From Octopus vulgaris (Eukaryota): DNA of 64,000 nucleotides. A program made the position numbers and the translations under genes. Shown here in pieces: positions 52,640 through 64,000 of the stretch (positions are counted from its first letter, which is position 1; every line of letters begins with the position of its first letter). The notes under the pieces were generated by a model that ran no database searches, was not told the origin of the DNA, and worked only from the letters and a program-made list of their open reading frames with translations. The DNA is taken from positions 165,478,001 to 165,542,000 of the forward strand of contig OX597816.1 of NCBI GenBank assembly GCA_951406725.2, written 5' to 3'.

Positions 52640-54470
52640 GCTTCATAATCACAAGGCAGAGAGTTTAGAGACGGAGCAGAGTTAATTGAAGTAGAGAAAT
52701 CCGATGAGAGATTTCTAAAATAGCTCAAGCGTTATCCAGATTATGTAAGTTACAGGAAGAATTATAACCACTGTTGCTTACAAAGAAGAATCAGCCTCGA
52801 AGAGATGCAGTTCTGCTTTGCGCCAGAAAGCGGTGCCACTGATCACTGATGTCATTTTCCTAATGAAATAACTGCAGCAGAAATTACTTTCCTTGGAGCA
52901 AATCCAATGCTTTGCGTTTGCCAATGTAGACAAGGTTTTTGACAGGGTTCCATCGTGGTTGCTAAAGAAATTGAAAAATTTGTGAGGGGTGTTCGTGCAA
53001 CCCATACAGAGGCACAGTCAGCTACGCAGCAACCTGGAACCCCTATCTTGTCCAGGATATTAATTGTCTGGAAACAAATGTGCAACCAAGAGAATACCCT
53101 CCATCAGGCATTTGCCATATTCTTAACGCCTTACTTCCCTGGGCATGGATACATTGAAACTCCGACGTCTGGCAGCTGACTTGGCAAACACCCATAAAAT
53201 TATTGACCATCTTACAAACAATAACTCTGAGCACCTTTTCAAACACCACCTGTGGACATGTTTACAAAGTCAGAAAACAGCACAGCTCCCATGTCTTTCG
53301 GAAACATTTTTTCACGCTAAGAGTTGCTGAAGTATGGAACAAACTGCTGGCATCAGTTGTTAGTTGTAGTAGCACTGCATCCTTCAAAACTTCCATGCAT
53401 TCCTGAGATTCGCCAACACTACACCCGATTTTCTCCCCTCTATGTACATGCAAGCATGTATCTGACATACACTGTTCACTATCCAGACATTTGTACATTA
53501 CTGCATATGCTTTATACGCACTTTTGACAAGTTGTGGTGCACCTGAGCACTGTATACAATAATTTCATTATTATCATTATGAGCAAAATGGCAAGGAACT
53601 CAATGATGAGTGAGGATAGGAGTCTGTCAGGGTTCAATTCTCACCACATCATAATTCAACTTCTCTTTACCATGCTGGCAATGGGTTGGACAGTTTGAGA
53701 AGAGATGGCAAGCCAGAGAGCTGTACCAGGCTCCAGTTTGTTTTGGCATGGCTTCTATGACTGGATTCCCTTCCTGATACCAACCACTTTACAGAGTGTA
53801 CTGGGTGTTTTTAATGTGGTTCTAGCACAAGTGCTTTTTAAGTGGCACCAGTAAAGACTGTGCAGGTGGCATATAAAAAGCATTTGAGTGTGGCCGTTGC
53901 CAGCACCACCTAACTGGCCCTTGTGCCAGTGGCACATAAAAGCACCCACTACACTCCCGGAGTAGTTGGCGTTAGGAAGGGCATCCAGCTGTAGAAACTC
54001 TGCCAGATCAGATTGGAGTCCAGTGCAGCCATCTGGTTCACCAGACCTCAGTCAAATCATCCAACCCATGCTAGCATGGAAAGCAGACGTTAAACAATGA
54101 TGATGATGTCCATGCAGACTCCTGTACACTGACAACTTTTTACAAGTAATTCTGTAGGAGAATTCAAGAAGAAATCAGAGATCTAGAAGAAAACATTTGA
54201 ATAAAGAAACCTCAGATTTAATACAGCAAAGGCTAAAAGTTAAAAAGTAGGAAAGAAGTTGTGAACCTGCTGTTCGCAGGGAAATAACCATGCTTGATAT
54301 GTAGAAAAGGAAGGAGTAAGTAGAAATGTCTTATGATACATCCAGTAAAAACTATGGATGCAGAAGGTTTAGTGGTAGGCTAATGGTGATGGTAGACTTC
54401 CTATGTGGCAGATGTACAAGTGTAGCTAGGAGTAATTTGAGAGGCTTAGTCATTAGACTCAAACCTATAA
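52640..54470 (+). mobile_element. Fossil RTE-clade LINE reverse-transcriptase region, split by later insertions
   Basis: Colinear RT motifs: EMQFCFAPESGATD..IFL..LQQK..FAFANVDKVFDRVP (52802-52955), VRIGVCQGSIL (about 53610-53645) and LLYTDN (YADD equivalent, about 54118). A decayed Cys-rich PCxxCRKGV..FLCGRC segment follows at about 54285-54420. Confidence 0.7.
53020..53580 (+). mobile_element. 3' fragment of a CR1-type LINE with (ATT/ATC)n tail
   Basis: Frameshifted peptides WNPYLVQDINCLE, ATKRIPSIRHLPY, LGMDTLKLRRLAADLANTHKII and GHVYKVRKQHS..RKHFFTLRVAEVWNKL..VVSC..TASFK give the typical CR1 ORF2 C-terminus. Confidence 0.8.
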
Positions 54471-55596
54471 GTATTATGTCTCATCAAATACCAGTTTGCA
54501 TGACTGTACAAAAAGCAGGCTCATTACCACATCACTAAGGTCTCTATTACCAAAATATTCACAGCATCAATTGTCTATAAACTGATTATGATATTGTCAA
54601 AAAATCCTCAAGTGTTTAAGTCAACAAATTGACTACAGTACCATATTATCCTACAACACGGAACTGTTCATGATTTCATGATACGAAATTGTTTCCTGTA
54701 CTACATTTTCTACCGGACTAAATTATCTACAGCAGTCATTAACATACTGTGTACAATATTAGATATCTTTCAAACACTTTTCTTCAAATGCTTGAAAGAA
54801 TTACATGAAGTAGATGACATCTATAGTCACATCCTAAGTGGCTTAAATTTGTAGTTCAGCATCAGTGTGAAAAGAAATGGAACATACAGATTTCAGCGAG
54901 TTATTACCCCCACTGACAAGTATTTTTTTTTTTGATTGAGTCTCCACTCACACTCTAAGTCACTCAGACCCCTCTCACTTTTAATCGCCTAATATTTTGA
55001 GATGCCACCTGGACACTCACTAGCATCTAGCTCTTCACAGCTATTACTTGTTAATTGTTCCTCTCTCCTCAAGACATGAGTAGCCATGTAGCTCCTCTAC
55101 AAGAATTTGCACTACCCCCAATCATTCCTTGCCTTAAACCTATTTCTTTACTACCCACAAGGGGCTAAACATAGAGGGGACAAACAAGGACTGACAAACG
55201 GATTAAGACGATTATATCGACCCCAGTGCGTAACTGGTACTTATTTAATCGACCCAGAAAGGATGAAAGGCAAAGTCGACCATGGCAGAATTTGAACTCA
55301 GAACGTAGCGGCAGACGAAAGCATGGCATCCCCACCCTCACTCTAGCAAACTGCATGGTAACCTCACCAATACTGCTAGTATGAGAAAAACACAAACTAC
55401 ATGTTGTAAAGTGGTTGGTGTTGTGAAGGGTACCCAACTATAGAAAGCACAGCAAAGCAGAGACTGGAGCACAATGCAGTTCTTGGACCTTTTCAGATTC
55501 ATTCAAATTGGCCAGCCTATGCTAGCTTAGAATATGGACTTTAAATAATGAAGATAATGATGAGTGAAGGACAGATGGTATGATGTGCAGTGTTAA

Positions 55597-55826
55597 GGCG
55601 AGCTGGCAGAATCGTTAGCACGCCGGGCGAAATGCGTAGTCATATTTCGTCTGCCGTTATGCTCTGAATTCAAATTCCGCCTAGGTTGATTTTGCCTTTC
55701 ATCCTTTCGGGGTCGATACATTAAGTACCAGTTACGCACTGGGGTCGATCTAATCGACTTAATCCATTTGTCTGTCCTTGTTTGTCCACTATGTGTTTAG
55801 CCCCACATGGGTAGTAAACAAATAGG
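55597..55826 (+). mobile_element. SINE family A with 18-bp TSD (other copies 3910-4140+, 55139-55320-, decayed 36440-37075)
   Basis: The TSD GGTATGATGT[G/A]CAGTGTT is at 55577-55594 and 55825-55842. Confidence 0.85.
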
Positions 55827-57560
55827 TATGATGTACAGTGTTCCCTAAGGAGAGACTAGAATCTCAGATGCAGAGAATCTGTGACGATGAAGAAGTGATG
55901 TGGACATGATCTGTGAGATGACAAAGGCCAAGTCATTAATTTCAATTTGACCTGAAAACTACAGATAAACAACCACTAAGTCGCATTATTAATAGTGTCA
56001 AAACGAGTAGAATTACTAATTAGGAAATTATTAATTAGCTAAACAGTAGATGAATGTATTCAATTGAGGCAGGAACTATGGAAGTAATGCACAATATATC
56101 TGTCTTTGAGTCTGTGTTTGCCCCACCCCACTACAATTGCTTGACATTGTTGGTTTGTTTACATCCCTACAACTTAGCGATTCACAAAAGAAACTGAAAG
56201 AATAAGTACCAGGCTTTAAAAAAATATATATATACTGGGGTCAATTCATGCAACTAAAAAACTCAAGACAATGCTCCAGTATGGCTTCAGTCTAATGACT
56301 AAAACAAGATGAAGGATAATTGTCAAACGAGTCAGTTGAGCAGCTTGTTTTTAGCCCTAGGCTAACCGACAACCCAGTAATCCTCTGACCCACAACACTG
56401 CTGACACAAACAACCCATCTTTTATTCGGATATAAGGTACCCAAGACTACATTATCCAATGTTCCTTCTTTTTTTTTCTTTCGAAGACAATAAGGATGTG
56501 AATTGAGGAAGATTTGGCTATTTCTAAAAGGTCAAGTAAAAGATACTTGCTTAAGGTGCTGTGCAGTGGGAATGAACCCAAACCAAGTGGCTTCAACTAT
56601 AGCCTTGCGAGCAGAGTTGTTATCGATGAATCTTACCTTTTATTTGTAGCAGTCAGACTGTGGCCATTCTGGGGCACCACCTCAAACAGTTTTAGTCAAA
56701 CACTCAGGCCCCAGTATTTTTTTTGTTGTTTTTTAATGAGTTTAGTACTCTTTTTTTAATCAGTCTTCTATGCTGAACTACTAAGTTACAGGGATGTAAA
56801 CAAACCAACATCGGCTGTTGAGAGGCAGGGAGACATGAAAATACACACACATACGCATACATGCACACGGGCATATGCACACACAGAGTTCCCATACAGT
56901 TTCTTTTTACAAATTTTCCGCATGAAGCATCGATGTTCATGGCTATCATAGAAGACATTTATCCAAGGAGACACACAGTGGGACTGAACCCCAAACCATG
57001 TGGTCGCAAAGTAAGCTGCTTATCCACACAGCTATGCCTGCACCTAAATGTTTTTAAACAAATGCTTTTTTTGTTTTATTTGTTTGTTTTTAAGTAGTCC
57101 CAAAGGGCAGTAAGTATGAACTTTGTAGACCAACCCAAAATGGAGAGAAAGATCTGTTATGACTTTAATCTTTTAGCATTCCAATTACTCAGTCAAAAGT
57201 GATTTTCTTTTACTCTGTCTGCGGCCATGCTGGAGCACCGCCTTTAGTCAAGCAAATCGACCCAGGATTTATTCTTTGTACTTATTCTATCAGTATCTTT
57301 TGCCGAACCGCTAAGTTAAACACACCAACATTGGTTGTCAAGCGACACACAAACATATACACACACATATACACATACATATATATGACAGACTTCTTTC
57401 AGTTTCCGTCTACCAAATCCACTTACAAGACTTTGGTCAGCCCGAGGCTATGGTAGAAGACACTTGCTCAAGGTGCCACACAGTGGGACTGAACCTTGAG
57501 CCATGTGGTTGGTAAGCAAGCTACTTACCACACAGCCACTCCTGTACCTATTAAAGTCTG

Positions 57561-57608
<48 letters not shown>

Positions 57609-57914
57609 GGAAAAAAGCAACAAGAATGGATTAAAATCTATATATATATATATAGAAAAATTTAAATAATTAGCAAAATGGAGAAAACTTTCCATCAGCA
57701 AACAAATTGGACCACGTCTGTAGATTATTTTTTAATATAAAACATGACATAACATTTCTCTGACATAATAATTCTTACAGCCATTGCTGCTTCTAATGTC
57801 AGTCAGTACCTATGAAAGAATTACGAAAATAATATTCATCATATTTCGTTTTTGGATTTGGTTTGCAAGATTCTTTATAACACGGACATGCAAGCACATC
57901 AATATGCAGGATAC

Positions 57915-59060
57915 GTACATACAGATGCACACACATACATACATATATATATACATATGCATACACACACATACATATATACATATGCATACACACACAT
58001 ATATACATACATACATACATAGACATGAAAACACACACATACATACATACATAGACATGCAAACACATACATATATACATATGCATACACACACATATAT
58101 ACATACATAGACATGAAAACACACATACATACATACATAGACATGCAAACACATACATATATACATATGCATACACACACATATATACATACATACACAT
58201 ACATAGACATGAAAACACACACATACATACATACATACATAGACATGCAAACACATACATATATACATATGCATACACACACATATATACATACATACAT
58301 ACATAGACATGAAAACACACACATACATACATACACATACATATATACATATGCATACACACACATATATACATACATACATACATACATAGACATGAAA
58401 ACACATACATACATACATACATAGACATGCAAACACATACATATATACATATGCATACACACACATATATACATACATACATATATACATATGCATACAC
58501 ACATATATACATACATACATACATACATAGACATGAAAACACACACATACATACATACATACATAGACATGCAAACACATACATATATACATATGCATAC
58601 ACACACATATATACATACATACATAGACATGAAAACACACACATACATACATACATAGACATGCAAACACATACATATATACATATGCATACACACACAT
58701 ATATACATACATACATACATAGACATGAAAACACACACATACATACATACATACATAGACATGCAAACACATACATATATACATATGCATACACACACAT
58801 ATATACATACATACATACATAGACATGAAAACACACACATACATACATACATAGACATGCAAACACATACATATATACATATGCATACACACACATATAT
58901 ACATACATACATACATACATAGACATGAAAACACACACACACATACATACATACATAGACATGCAAACACATACATATATACATATGCATACACACACAT
59001 ATATACATACATACATAGACATGCAAACACACGTACATACATACGTACATACATATGTAC
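57915..59060. repeat. Complex satellite: about 90-100-bp higher-order unit built from CATA/CA/TA microsatellites
   Basis: Recurring blocks catagacatgaaaacacac, catagacatgcaaacacatac and atatatacatatgcatacacacac, about 11 cycles. Confidence 0.92.
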
Positions 59061-59354
59061 ATGCATGCATGTATAGGCACACACACACACACACACACAT
59101 ACACTGACCCAGACACATGCGCACAAACAAACAAAAGGGAACGCAGTGTAAATAACGGACAGAGTCAAAACTATTGAAAAGGTTGCAAGACGCAACGAAA
59201 ATTTTAGGAAAATAAAAATAAGAAGAAAAAGAAAAAGAGTGGAAATTTTACTGGTGAGTGTGTTACATTATAAGGCACAAAAATAAAATAACTCTTCCCA
59301 GACACAACAGAATATTTATCATCTTCATAGGATATTCAAACTAATATATATAAC

Positions 59355-59515
59355 GGGAAGGTTTACGAAAATAAACAAAAGACGAAGGCAGGTGGAGTAC
59401 AAACAAACAAATGTATTAGTATGGCGCTCAGGAATAGAAATAGAACAAGTCTTTTATGTTTCGAGCCTACGCTCTTCAACAGAAAGATACACAGAAAAGA
59501 AACAAGGAGAGAAAA
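59355..59515 (-). mobile_element. Penelope-like element remnant with minimal hammerhead-like motif (59450-59487)
   Basis: Minus strand TCTTT-CTGTTGA-AGAGC-GTAG-GCTC-GAAACATA-AAAGA. Related copies lie at 24770-24935(+) and 25070-25190(-), with more distant ones at 17455-17640(+) and 11610-11775(+). Most abut (TA)n. Confidence 0.5.
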
Positions 59516-60389
59516 AAAATGATAGGCTACTTTCAGTTTCCATCTACCAACTTCACTTCACTCACAAGGCTTTGGTTAAACTAGGGTTATAATAGAAAGA
59601 TTCACCCAAAGTGCCACGCAGCAGGACTGAACTCAAAATCATGTGGTTGGGAAGCAAGTTCCTTAACCACACACCCACATATATGAAATAATATTGTGTC
59701 ATGTCCTAGCTTAAGAGTATATTTCACTACAAGTATTAGTTTCATCAAACATTCTTCAGCTAAGTTGAATTCCAATCCCATTGTTATCGTCGTTGAGGTT
59801 TTTCTTAATTGAGATTTTTTATAGAATTTACCTAGTTTTTTTAATAGTAAGTTAAGTTAATATGATTTAGTTACACTAAGTGTGTGCATAACTCAATGTT
59901 TTAAACTTGAGGCAGATCAACCGACACAGGACTGCTACTATTAAAGGAGCTTCACTTCGTGTATGTAGTTTGTGAAAAATGAAGATAGAAACGAGATTTG
60001 CTAACGATGGCATTATGCCCAAAGGGCAGAGTCAGGGATAAGGTAATATGCTGAACAGAAACGAGAAGATAACAAAGCAGTTTAATTAAGTTGGAGAACT
60101 TTATAATTAGTAATTAGAAACAGAGAAATTTTGATAAGATTCTTAGGAAGTTAGAGTGAAGTTAATATATGATACTGGAAATACGAAAGATAAGAGGAGA
60201 GAGAGGAAGAGAAAAAGAGAGGGAGAGGAAGAGGAAAAGTGAGAGAGAGAGGAAGAGAAAAAGAGGGAAAACAAAAATTTAAATATTCCTTATCATCAAG
60301 TTAATATCTTTATTGATTATTGTTGGTTTTGATATATAGCCCAAGGTCAGTCTTACTCCACACACATATGTATATATACACATGTGTGT

Positions 60390-60424
<35 letters not shown>

Positions 60425-60446
60425 GTGTGTGTGTATATCTGTATAC

Positions 60447-60483
<37 letters not shown>

Positions 60484-60506
60484 GTGTGTGTGTATATCTG
60501 TATACG

Positions 60507-60542
<36 letters not shown>

Positions 60543-60723
60543 TACATAGTGTAAACAGAGTTAGCGGTTATAACAACCGACTAACAGATGAGATATCCGT
60601 ATATACTACCGGTATCCGTTATGCGTGTAATTATCCCAGGCACTGGTGTGCAGGCATACTGTGCACGTAGAGTGCAAGCAACAACAAGATAAGAGTTTAT
60701 CAGGAACCAATGCAAATAATCAG

Positions 60724-60907
60724 AAAATGGAGAAAACCTCAGATTAACAAACACATCGATTGGACCACATTTACAAGCTTATTTATTAATACAAAGCATA
60801 ACAAATAAGTGATGTCACCTATTTGTTATGTCATGCGTTGTATTAAAAAGTAAGCTGTAAATGTGGTCCAATCGATGTGTTTGTTAATCTGAGGTTTTCT
60901 CTATTTT
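60724..60907. repeat. Palindromic (foldback) element, about 185 bp
   Basis: Perfect 45-bp arms 60731-60775 and 60856-60900 continue imperfectly toward the centre gtgatgtcac. A diverged one-armed relative lies at about 57675-57775. Confidence 0.85.
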
Positions 60908-63900
60908 TTTATTATTTGTGTGTGTGTGTGTGTGTGTAAAAAGGTAGAATTATATTTTGTCCTTTAATTTGGAGGATTCCAAAAAAGATTTCAAATAAGG
61001 ATTCTTCATACTTTGCTAGTAGCTTACTGGCGTAAGTTTGTGAATATAAAAATACTACTTGTATATATAGTGTGTTATGGAAGCAAATCCTATAAAACTC
61101 AACTGTTAGAAAAGGAGAAGAGAACATGTTAAAATTTAAGAGAATTTTAATTCATGTAGACGATCATTTCAAACAGAGATATATTAAAATCATGCAAATT
61201 CATGGTTGAATCGAAATAATTAAATTAATTAAATTAAATTAATTATATATCACTGTTCTCTTCAGTGCAAGAAGTAGAAACAAAAAATTATTACAAAGGA
61301 CTTCATAAAGGAAATAGCAGAGTATAATTTCGGATATTCATATTTCTCCTTATGAGAAAGAAAGAAATGTGAGTCTAGTTAGGTATAAACTAAAACTAAC
61401 TAGACTCACATTTCTTGACTAAAAGGCTTCAAGTTCAGTCCCACTGCATGGCATTCTGGGCAAATACCTTTGCCATAGCCTTGAGCAGATCAACCACTGT
61501 CAGTAGAACTTGCAAAGAGAAACAGTAAACAAGCACAAATGTTTGTATGGGTGCAGGTCTGTGTATCTGTGTGTGTGTGTTCATTTATTCCTGTGTTACC
61601 TTATTTAAAAGCTATGACATTCAAGAGAGGCGGATGATGGCACATCTCCCGTCAATATATTGCCTTCCTGCTTCATGCCTTTGGAGCCATGTTGAATAAG
61701 GGATCCCGCACTTGCAAAACAGGTAAGGGCTGGCATTACGAAGTGCAACCAGCCATAAAATCCTGCCTCAATAAAAATTTCATCAAACCCAATCTACCAA
61801 GTGGCTGTGTGTTAAGAAGCTTGCTTCCAACCACATGGGTTCAAGTTCAGTCCATCTGTGTGGCACCTTAATCAAGTGTTCTCTACTATAGCCTTGGGCC
61901 GACCAAAGCCTTGTAAGTGGATTTGGTTGACGGAAACTGAAAGAAGCCCATCATATATATACATTTGTATGTGTATGCATACCACCCTCTGGCAGTCAGT
62001 GTTGGTGTGTTTACATCCCCATAATTTAGCACAAGAGACTAATAGAGTATATACTTGGCTTAAAAAGAAAACCAGAAAAATACTGGGGTTGATACATTTA
62101 ACTAAAAATTCTTTGAGGTGGTGCTCTAGCATGGCCACAGACTAATGACTGAAACAAGTAAAAAACAAAACAAACAAAAAAACTCAATGTATCCTTTTAT
62201 TTGTTTCAGTTATTTGATTGCAGCCATGCTGGAGCACCAAAGCCCAGTACTTATTCTATTGATCTCTTTTGCCAAACCACTAAGTTATGGGGACGTAAAC
62301 ACACCAGCATCAGTTGCCAAGCGATGTTGGAGGGACAAACATAGACACCCAAATATATACATACACATATATACACATACATATATACGACAGGCTTCTC
62401 TCAGTTTCTGTCTACCAAATTTGGCCCGAGGCTACAATAGAAGACACTTGTCCAAGTTGCCACACAGTGGGACTGAACCAGGAACCATGTGGTTGGTAAG
62501 TGAGCACATGTGTATAATACTTGTGTATGTCTTGCCTGTTCTCATGTCTCTGTGCACTCACACTCCTGCTATACCCGGCCATGTGTGTGCTTATAAAGCT
62601 ACATCAATAAAACGATTAGCAAATCACTCTACCAGGAATATGAAAAAAATACAAATTAATGCCGACTGTCCTTGCCTGTTAGTTGAAGTGTTAGAGTACA
62701 TTAAGTCATTATTGTTTCTCATGATAAACAAACAAGTAATTTATGCGATATATCAACAGTTTTTCCCTGTTGGCTTTTATTATAACCATTCTGTGCTGTG
62801 CAACTCAGCAGTGCATTAATGCCAGCCATATTCTGTAGGTTCTCCTCCTCTTCTTCCACCTCATCATCATCATTTAGTGTCCATTGTCCCCACTGGCATG
62901 GGTTGGACAGTCAGACCAGGACTGGTAAGCTGGAAGGCTGCACCAGACTCCAGTCTGATTTGGTATGGTTTGCTATGGCTAGATACCCTTCCTAATGCCA
63001 ACCACTCTGAAAGTGTAATGGGTGCTTCTACGTGCCACTGGCATGGGTGCCATTTGCATGACACCAGTATCTGCCATGACTGCAATTTTGCTCGGCTTGA
63101 TGGGTCTTCTCAAGCATGACATAATGCCAAAGGTCTAAGTCATTGCCCCTGTGAGGCCCAACACTTGAAAGGAACTCAACCACTTTGCCTCCATGAGGCC
63201 CAACGCTTGAAAGGAACTCAGCCTCTTTGCCTCTGTGAGGCCCAGCGCTCGGCTGTGGATAGTTTTTTGGAACAAGAGAAATTGCTGGCTTCTAGTCCAA
63301 TCTGCTGCCATGTCTTGGAGGAATGGAACTCCGTGACTGGTTCTGATGACTCTCACACATCACTGCATAGCTGACTCAGAGAGGCAGGGAGACAGGCAGA
63401 GAGAGAGAGAGAGAGAGGAATGGGGAAGCACAAAGAAAGAGAAAGGTGAGAGAGACAGAGTGACAGAGAGGTGGGTAGGGACAGTAAAAGAGAGAGAACG
63501 AGAAAGCAGAATCAATCCCTAATATTTGACTGGTTCTTTACCGACCCCTGAAGGGTGAAAAGTGAAGCTGTCCTTGACTCAGAATGTAAACAACCAAAAC
63601 AATCTCAACAAGGCATTTATCTGGTACTCCTAGTCCAATCAACAGTCTGCCTTATCAACTATTAATTACAATTATCATTAAACATCAATAATTACAAACT
63701 AATGTGGATGTGTGCATGCATGCGTGAGTATGCATGTGTGCATTTGTATATCTATGCAAGTGTGCGTATGTGTATGTATGTGTGCATATGCGTACAAATG
63801 CACATGAATATACATGTGTGCATGAGATTTTGTGTATGTGTGTGTGCAAGTATGCATCTGTGTGGGTAGGCATGTATATGCACATGCATGTGAGCATGCC

Positions 63901-64000
63901 AATATATGTCTATGCCTATGAATGTGCATGTGTATGTCCATGTGAGTGTGTGTGTGTCTGTATGTGTATGTGAATGCATGTGACTTAGTGTCTGTATGTG

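Noticed and set aside
52778-53085. Minus-strand ORFs as candidate IRBIT upstream exons
   Set aside because: They are the antisense of recognisable RTE and CR1 reverse-transcriptase remnants on the + strand.
57799-59195. ORFs of 411-461 aa on the minus strand
   Set aside because: They are translations of a CATA/TG satellite (V/C/M/Y/I only), open in all frames, with no protein-like composition.
62145-62819. 224-aa ORF
   Set aside because: Mostly an antisense SINE B copy plus AT-rich flank, with no recognisable domain.

Overview
AT-rich, repeat-saturated animal genomic DNA. The SINE and microsatellite content looks like an octopus (coleoid cephalopod) genome; this is an inference. The window appears to lie inside very large introns of a minus-strand AHCYL1/AHCYL2 (IRBIT)-family gene. 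One confident 85-nt coding exon (40305-40389, EIKYNLTPQRPRIRSRSVSQSSTDSYSS) is present, plus a candidate start exon (47251-47306, encoding MSQ). Nearly everything else is transposon-derived: at least four SINE families (dozens of copies), two piggyBac-type TTAA MITE families (including a 5-copy chimeric tandem array), a Tc1/mariner-type MITE, fossil LINE fragments (CR1-group, RTE, R4/Dong), mini- and microsatellites, and several palindromes. The most striking unannotated signal is a set of hammerhead-ribozyme motifs of the Penelope-like-element type. One apparently intact type I hammerhead (7804-7910) has an unusual long G.U-rich stem II extension and overlaps a perfect 190-bp inverted repeat. 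Almost all ORFs in the supplied track are repeat artefacts. Repeat coordinates were read by eye and are approximate to within a few bases to tens of bases.
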